Origin: Eledone cirrhosa
Taxonomy: Eukaryota
Assembly (NCBI GenBank): GCA_964016885.1
Contig: OZ024743.1
Span: forward strand, 102,300,001 to 102,364,000
DNA: 64,000 nt
Direction: 5' to 3'
Both the position numbers and the translations under genes were made by a program. Under the pieces are notes generated by a model. It was given only the letters and a program-made list of their open reading frames with translations, was not told the origin of the DNA and searched no databases. Positions within the stretch are counted from its first letter, which is position 1. Each line of letters begins with the position of its first letter. Shown in pieces: positions 55,504 through 64,000 of the stretch.

Positions 55504-56782
55504 TCTATAAAGCTCAGTGTGTGGTCATGCTCCTTTCTTATAGAAATCTACGATACAGAATTTCTTCAATTGAAATTTACAATTCAGTATTCTAAATAGT
55601 TTCGATTGCGTCTTGGCACATCTCATTTTTTCAATTTCACCCACAATTACGCAAAAAATAGATAAAACTCAATATTTTACGATTTTTCTCTGTCATTTAA
55701 ACTGCTAAACTCTTTCCTCTTCCATTCAAAATCTATACAACTTCATACATTCTGCTACTTTCTCTTTCCAAGCTTGATGGTGATACTGTCCGTATTACTC
55801 TGTCATATAATCTGCCCCCTCTATCTACAACCCACACATCTTGCTACTTTCTCTTTTATACTTCAAATTATTACATTTCAGACGAAACGACAATTATTCA
55901 AAAGCAACAGATACATTTATTCAACAACAAGCGATAAATCTTTTTTAAAATCTCATTTCCAAACGCATACAAACACACACTCACTTCAACAACAACAATA
56001 ACAATCTGCCTTTTATAGATCATGATAAACAATAATATCCTCTATGAGGTCACTAAACCTGCTAGAAACAGCAGCTAACTCTCCCCCATACAACACCCCT
56101 CCCTACTGTCTTAAATTTAGAAAACATATCTTCTATGAGGTCACTAAACCTGCTAGAAACAGCAGCTAACTCTCCCCCATATCACACCACTCCCTACTGT
56201 CTTAAATTTAGAAAAGATATATCCTCTATGAGGTTACTAAACCTGCTAGAAACAGCAGCTAACTCTCCCCCATATCACACCCATCCCTACTGTCTTAAAT
56301 TTAGAAAACATATCTTCTATGAGGTCACTAAACCTGCTAGAAACAGCAGCTAACTCTCCTCCATATCACACCACTCTCTACTGTCTTAAATTTAGAAAAC
56401 ACATATCCTCTATGAGGTCACTAAACCTGCTAGAAACAACAGCTAACTCTCCCTCATATCACAACCCTCCCTACTGTCATAAATTTAGAAAACACAGAGA
56501 CAACCATGCAGAACAACGCCATCGCAGCTCTGTTGTTCGGCTGGCATCGTCTACGCGCGTGTTGCGCAAGTACTGTGAAACAATAAATTTCAACACATTT
56601 TTGCACAGAGATAATATCCATAGGCGAAACTACAATTGTCACTGCTGGCGCAGCTCCTGCTTCCAGGTCTGCTATTCATTCACCCAGTGCCTGGCAGACA
56701 AAAAAGTGCTGCCATAAAATGGGTGGTGCAACCTAACTTTGGTAACTTAATGACCCCGAGCAACGCCGGGCTTTAATGCTAG
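55504..56782 (+). mobile_element. Non-autonomous Helitron B, head-to-tail with Helitron A
   Basis: A|TCTATAAAGC start; identical 3' hairpin CCCGAGCAACGCCGGG (56755-56770), then CTAG|T. Confidence 0.82.
56035..56495. repeat. Five-unit tandem array with alternating 91/93-bp spacing inside Helitron B
   Basis: ATGAGGT(C/T)ACTAAACCTGCTAGAAAC at 56044, 56135, 56228, 56319, 56412. Confidence 0.95.
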
Positions 56783-56792
56783 TATATATATA

Positions 56793-56900
<108 letters not shown>

Positions 56901-56924
56901 TATAGATATGATATGTACATTGAA

Positions 56925-57590
56925 AAGTAAATTGACAATATCTTCTTCGCCCACTTGTTTCTGAGAGGGTCGTGGGGACAGAGTCCTTCTCAAACATTCC
57001 TTCCAGCGAGTCTGTCAGAAGCAAACATCTCTAACTGATTCAGCTGGATCCCAAGGTGTGACCAGCGTAGCTCATGGATATTATTCAACTATCTTGCTCA
57101 GGATCTACCTCTGGGTCTTTTCCCAGTTGGTTTTGCCTGTAAAATCTGTCCAGCGATTCTTTCCTGAGACATTCTAACCACATGCCCATATTACCGGAGC
57201 TGTGATCTCTCAATCCGGAGAAGTAGCGATTCTACCGGCAGTGACTCTGATCTTCAGGTTACACACTCTATCAAGTAAAGTTACTCCAAAGACCCTTCGG
57301 AGGAACCTCATTTCTGCTGCTTTTATTTGCAATTGTATTCTTTTGGTCATTACTCAAGATTCATGATCCTCGGTAAGAGTTGGCAGGAATACCAGGAAGA
57401 CAGCGAGTTTGGCTTTTACACTTACCCGCTTCTTCTGGTTGCTGAATGCTGAGGCTGGCGCATTACTGCATCAGCTTTTGAAATTCTTGCACTTAATTCA
57501 GCCTACTGCCCTCCATCACTCATGAACACAGGCCTGAGATATTTGAACTTCTCTACCTGCTTCAGTGGAACTCCATTCACATGTATATAA
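56925..57590 (-). mobile_element. Decayed RTE-group LINE 3' fragment
   Basis: LKQVEKFKYL, AAEMRFLRR, IERSQLR*YGHVVRM motifs. Confidence 0.82.
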
Positions 57591-57744
57591 ATTTGAGCGA
57601 CTTCTGTCCTTCACGAAATGTGCATAAAGGGAAGGATACAAACACATCTATATGTCTCTAACCTAAAAATGGTGACACACACGTCTCTAATTCAAGAACA
57701 CTGACAAGCTCAAGCATGCACACATACACACAATCTTATTACCA

Positions 57745-58470
57745 CTTATGAGCTTTGGTCCGGGCAAACATCCCCTCAATTTTAGGACCCTCTGGGTTGT
57801 CCAGAATTGATGGACCTGATGGTCTTACCCTGTGCTCTTGGTCAAGAGGCAGGGGCCTTATGTGGGATGTCACAGTTAGTGACTCCTGTCCTTCTTCCCA
57901 CATCCTAGATGCAGCGGTAAAAGGAGAGCTGCAGCATCTTCTGCTGAACGGAACAAATTTCTAAAATACCGTGATCTGTTGACTAACTACATTTTCCAAC
58001 CTGTGACATTCGAAACGTTTGGGGGAGTCGGGCTACTGACAGTGAGGTTCTTATCTTCACTGGCAGCTTGCCAAACAGAGGTAACTGGTGAAGTTCGTGA
58101 GGGTGCTTGGTTGTTCCAGCACCTCAGCCTCGCTATCACCCGAGGTAATGCTGCGAGCGTACTGGCTTGCCTCAAAAATTATTAGAGGTTTTTTCAGTGC
58201 TCCTCGCTATATTGTTATCTTCTGCTCTGGTAGCTGTTCGTTTCTCACCCCTTTCATCTGCCTTTTGTTGTATGTGGTCCTAGATGTGTGTATCACCTGC
58301 TTGTGTGTTTTTTTCTTTCTTTTTTTCCTTGCTCTTTCCTTTGTATGTATTATATTTGTTTGAGTTTTTGTTCTGTCAGCATTATATTATTATATTTTTA
58401 TATGACTGCGAGTTAAACCTGTAACAACAAATGAGTTAAACTTTGTTGTTAATAATAAGTAAATAAAAAG
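57745..58470 (+). mobile_element. CRE-clade LINE 3' end (restriction-like endonuclease + 3'UTR)
   Basis: PSGLSR.DG.PDGLTL..W.RGR.LMWDVTVSD, FQPVTFETFG, LFQHLSLAITRGNAASVL; T-rich UTR and A-rich end. Confidence 0.87.
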
Positions 58471-61425
58471 TCATACTTCTTTTTACTCTCCCATTTCCTC
58501 ATTTATCGAATGCTAACATGATGTGTGTGTATGTGTCTGTTTGTGTGAATGTATGTATGTGAGTGTATATTTTTGTAAGTGTGTCTGTGTTTATACAATT
58601 AGTTATTCTAGCAGAAAAACCATCCTTAGGGTGGTTTCTGCTAGCATGTGTAGTGTGTATATTGATATTATACGCAGGTATATATGCATGTAGATATGAT
58701 ACATCAAATAAAATCATAATTGACAATATACGCAGAAATTGAACGAATACTGCGTTACACTGTCTTATGTAATCAGTAACGTAATCCATGATACATTATA
58801 TATAAACTGCATTAGGAGAAAGTTAGTGACGGAAATATATGAATGTCTATTTAAGCGATCGCTAACCGGAAGTGTTGACATTTGAAAAGTCTAAAGAAGT
58901 GAATCTTAAGATAAGCAACAAAATTATTCATATTTAATCAAGAATAAAGAAATTTAGTAGATAAATTATGTAATATTCATTCATTATTTATTCAAAGTAA
59001 TCCAACTTATTTTACAAACAAGTTAAAAAAATATATTCTGGATGCAGTCCCGCACTCCTTACTTTATTATAATTAAGACACTTGCCATTGATTGAAAAAT
59101 AATTCCATTTAAACGGGAAACTGTATTTTATTCAGAATTGTATGCATCTGTGATGAACTATTGAATAATTATTGAAAACTACGATGCAATTTCAAATTTC
59201 ATGTCTAATTTGAGACACAATTATTTCATTGGTTGGTAAAGAAAAATGCGTGAAAATTCTATCTGGAAATTTACATGTTGAAATTAAATTTTTGTTTAGA
59301 TGAGAATTGAATGCGACATTTGTTCTAGGTGCTTCTCAAGTAAATCAACATCTTCAAGGAATATAATTTTGAAGAAATCGAATTCTCTTCGGGAAATAAA
59401 ATTATTTTATTTCTCTTTGAGCATGGATCATAACTCTGTTATAGAGCAGTCAATTGGCAGAGTGGTTAGAACGTCGGATGGACTGGTTTGTGGTATACTT
59501 TCCGGCTCTGAGTTCAAAACCCTCGAATTCAACTTTGCCTTTTATCCTTTCTAGGTTGATAAAAAAGCAACAGTTTAATAGTAGTGTCTACTTCTGTTTT
59601 AAATATCTTCTTCCCTTCCGTCTTCTTTGGAAGAAATTGATTATGTTCAGACCTGAGGAAGGTATGGGCTCCAAAACTTTTAAGAATTCCCGAGTTGTCC
59701 ATTTTCTACGGCGCCTCTATAAATCCATCAGAAATTCCAGGTCCTTGTATACTTATAGTACTGTAATATAATAATTCACTATTTAAAGAAGAAGAAATAT
59801 AAATTATAGATATCTGGCAGATTGGAAAAAATGGAATGAAGTATAGTGAGAATGTGATAAGATAATTGTGTTGATGATGATAAATGTTGTAGGACATATG
59901 GAATTTGCAACATACTTTACACTGTCTAAGACAGAAAATAGTATCACCTCTCTGAAAAAGTTTAGTTTTATGAGATTACACATTTAATTATATACACATT
60001 CAGTGTGGAGACATAGCAAGCGTCCGAATTATATTATCAATAACAATACCAGAAACAGTATATATGAGACACAAGTCTCATTCATATAATTTGTAAAAGT
60101 AAAAAAAAAGGTGAGAACAACATCATATTTGAAAGAGCATAGATTATTTTGTTTATAACAGAAAGAAAAATGCGACAGAACAGAGATGAAAAAGAACAGC
60201 AAAAATATGATTCACGCTGTCTTTGTCTGCCGAATGAAATAGCGCATCGATATATCGAGTTATGTGCAGCACGGAGAGAGGTGTCCTGGTTCAAATGTTT
60301 GGAGAGTGGACTCATTTACATCTCTCTCTCCCTATGCCGATCGTCGCCTATCTAACATTACATGTACCCTCCAAACTCCCTTTCCTCCATAAGCGTCCTA
60401 AGCTCCCCTTCTCTATCCATTCCAGTATCTTCCAACAGGCTATCAAGTTCTGTTTATTCAACTAGAATTTTTTCAACACGCTGACGCGTATGTGCATATA
60501 TGTGCGCGTGTGTGTATGTAGATTGTACACACTAGTTAGTGAATGTTAGACGCTGTTTTCTGTAGTTTTTCATCACCCGTTCTTTTCTCAGTCACTCTAG
60601 TGCCTGACCTCATCACCCTTTCCTTCCTAAGTCACCTCTAATGTGTGATGAAAAGACAGACGGACGGAAGTCGCTCACAATTTATGTATAGATCCCTATT
60701 TCTGCTGGGTCTCACAGATTATTTGCTATTTCAAGGTAACCAGCATGGTGATTCGCAAGTTTCATATTCCTCTTACTTATCTCTTTCGTAACCAGTAGAA
60801 GCTGCTGATGCAATTCTCTGCTGTTGAATTTTGTTTTCCTGAAATATTGTGCTTTAAAGACACCCAGTAGTGGGGAATTAGTTATAATATTTGATACTGT
60901 TCATCCGAAGGGATTTTGTGTAGTTTCCTTCTATCCCTTTTTTTTTCTTTACAAAATACATTGTTATATAATTCGCCATTGTCCAATATGACACGCTGTA
61001 GAATCGAACATTCCTTATTTGATATAACATATGGTCTTAGTGAGAAATATCAAGGAGAATGTAGTCTCACGGGCAATTAATTCGCGGAATATATTCAGGT
61101 TTCCGTATAAAGCGAATTTATATCATTCTTCGCATTAAAAGCCTTTTAGGAAAGAATGAACGGTTGATAAGCTCATTTCTCGCTCACTGTACGCTTGAAG
61201 CCATGTAGAAAACCAATTATATAGCCCAAAACAATTAAACGAAATATTATACTGGTTGGAATTGTAGGTCATATATAATTGAATCATACGTCTTTATCGA
61301 TTTCTTACTTCGGCGGCAAATTCAACCCAAGTGGGGTTTGAACTTAGAACACAACAGGAACATAAGTAAATACTCTCGTTATTTATTTTGAAGTGCCCAA
61401 TTTCTGCCTCAAAAGATACAGATAG

Positions 61426-61510
<85 letters not shown>

Positions 61511-62344
61511 ATGCAGAGAGGCTGAAAGAAAAGAAAAGAGAGAGAGAGGGAGAAACAGAGAGACAAAAAGAGAAGTAGAAATAAAGTGAGGGAGAAAATA
61601 TAGAGAAAAAATGAAAAAGAGAGAGATAGAGAGGGGGTAAGAGGCTGTGACAAATTTCCGCTAGTTTCTATTTTATATATTCAAGGGATATTGAAAACAT
61701 TGAAAACATGTACTTAACAAAATTCTGTTCCGAGTTAATATATATTAGTTATCAATTATCAATAACCTCCTCATAAATACATAACAGCCCCCATGGAGCC
61801 AAACATACTTCATATTTCTTCATAATAGATCATTTGAGTTTCTAAAAATGATAATCTAATTAAATGATATTCAGATTTCCTGCGTAAAATATAACTACGT
61901 TAGCAGACCAGATATTAATATATATGCTAATTGCAGACATTTCATTTCTCGTGTAATATTTCTCCAAACAAAATAAAGTCGATTATCAGTAATAAGAAAT
62001 AATGTATACAAATTCAAGTGATAGCATTTATGTATTTTTATTTATTTATCATGCATATAAAACGATATGCATGAGAATATGTATGCAAAAATATTTCCAT
62101 TAGTATATCCGAGAATAGGAATGGGTATCAGTCGGTTATGATATATATTAATAATTGTTTCTACTTTTGGCACAAGGCCAGCAATCAACCAGTGTATTAC
62201 TGGTACTTTATTTTATCGACCCCGTAAGGATGAAAGGCAACGTTAACCTCGGCAGGATTTGAACTCAGAATGGCCGTAACTCTATGCGTCAAAGCATGGC
62301 GTCCGACCCTCAACCGATACTGCCAATCCACCGCCATGATATAT

Positions 62345-62965
62345 ATTAATAATAATATTTGATTCGTTTGCCATTATGCAAACAAACTCTTTAAGCCATG
62401 TCAGTAGAATGACTACATGATTCTTGCTCTTGTGTTGGCATATAAGCAGAACGGCACAGACTAATGTTTTGGGGTGATTGCCCTTCATCAGTGCCGTATA
62501 CTGCTTACCTGCCAACTGCCAGAGCTAGTGAAAATATATGATATTTTCTGAAATATACAGTAACTGATCGACCTGATTTGCATATTAGCAGACTACCTGA
62601 TCAGTCAAATCTGCATATTAGCAGACCCACTGATCAGTCACATTTGCATATCAGCAGATAGGCCAGTCAGTTTCATGTATATGAGTGATTAATGGCCGGC
62701 TTTGTCACATTCAAATAACTAACAAATAGTTTTATCGTTCTACATGGCTAATTACAATAAACATAATCTGAGTTTTTCGAATATTAATGATGATAATATT
62801 CGATTCGTTAGCAATTATGCAAACAGCCAGGGTAATTCTACTAAGAAGGCATAAGAGGCTGTTTGCATAATTGCAAACGAATCTAATATTATTATCATTA
62901 ATATTCGAAAAACTCAGATTATATTTATTGTATTCAGCCATGCAGAGCGATAAAACTATTTGTTA
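62345..62965 (-). mobile_element. Non-coding hammerhead-bearing element (retrozyme-like), locus 2: ~1.1 monomers plus an inverted segment 62835-62965
   Basis: ATTATGCAAAC recurs at 62373 and 62814 (period 441); hammerhead on minus strand ~62450-62500: ACGGCA CUGAUGA AGGG...CCCC AAAA CAUUAG UCUG UGCCGU (decayed). Confidence 0.8.
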
Positions 62966-62988
62966 ATTATATATATATATATATATAG

Positions 62989-63055
<67 letters not shown>

Positions 63056-63058
<3 letters not shown>

Positions 63059-63665
63059 TGGCTGCCAACTCGTTTTCGAGTACGGCCGCTACTTTATATC
63101 CATGTAGGAGAACCCCTACCGGTGCGCTGAACGAGTGTGGAATTTTAGTCCAGCCAGGGACTTGAAAACTCTGGTACAAACACTACACTTGTGACAATTA
63201 TTGACACATAGAGCTGGGCCCATGGTACCATGTGACGACAAGTGCAGAGAGATCTCCAGATATAAAGCAATGCCTGTGCCGTGAAGCTTTTATAGTGACC
63301 AACGGCACTGCACAAAGCCAGTCCCACTCTCTTAACCAAGATGACATTTACCAAAAATAAGAACAAGTCAACATCATTGGATACCATCAGGGTTGCAGGT
63401 GTTATATCAGAGTTTTCCTTCTCCTAGAATTCTGCCTTGACAAAGGCTAAGGAGTCATCTCTCCCGGTGATTTTGGATGGCCATTGACTCTCAAGATCTC
63501 CTTTGCCCTTTGACAGGTTTTGTTTTTAGTCCTGCAGGATGTCCAAATGCACCCTCCTCACCAAGAAACCTTGGTGGGGTTGCCAGTTTAGTCGCCAACG
63601 ACCCGACCATGGGACAAGTTTTACTGGGATACATGTTACCAGTAGCACCAACTGGTGACCTGACA
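63056..63665 (-). mobile_element. ~610-bp non-autonomous RTE-derived element, copy 2
   Basis: Collinear with 11799-12406; retains a complete terminal C2H2 finger [25 protein letters not shown]. Confidence 0.82.
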
Positions 63666-63923
63666 TATATATATATATAAATATATATATACATACATAT
63701 TCGTGCGTACACACGCTCATGCACAGACATATACACATACATACACATACATAAACATACACATACACACACTTACCTGTACAGACATGTACACAACAAA
63801 ACACAAAAGAATTCACAGGTATACACAGGTATTTAAACAAACACACTCATACAGAAAGATATACAAAGACATACAAAAACATACGAACTGTATAATACAC
63901 ACCCATCTATATATATATATATT

Positions 63924-63956
<33 letters not shown>

Positions 63957-64000
63957 ATTTATATGTATATATATATATTTATATATATATATATATATAT

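Noticed and set aside
63768-63812. Minus-strand CAG|GTAAGT as a recursive splice site
   Set aside because: Upstream sequence is TG low complexity rather than a clean pyrimidine tract; compatible with chance

Overview
AT-rich, microsatellite-saturated eukaryotic DNA. I found no supportable host protein-coding exon, so this is intergenic sequence or part of a giant intron. The dominant tRNA-derived SINE resembles octopod cephalopod SINEs, so an octopus-like mollusc is inferred. The window is a nested transposon landscape: about 20 SINE copies (one 5-copy head-to-tail array); at least four Penelope-like retroelements (RT plus C-terminal GIY-YIG); RTE, CR1, R4/Dong and CRE LINE fragments; three non-autonomous Helitrons with internal tandem arrays; a Tc1/mariner MITE; and several foldback elements. 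The best candidate for an undescribed system is a non-coding ~440-nt unit with a type I hammerhead ribozyme. It occurs at two loci (33001-33650, 62345-62965) as circularly permuted, longer-than-monomer copies with compensatory changes in stem I, as expected for a retrozyme/circRNA family. About ten further hammerhead-like cores sit at Penelope-like ends. Other notable items are an RTE with twin-priming-type 5' inversion, a bipartite RTE-derived non-autonomous element in two full-length copies, and a possible recursive splice site. Most ORFs in the supplied track are microsatellite artefacts. All calls were made by eye; none was database-verified.
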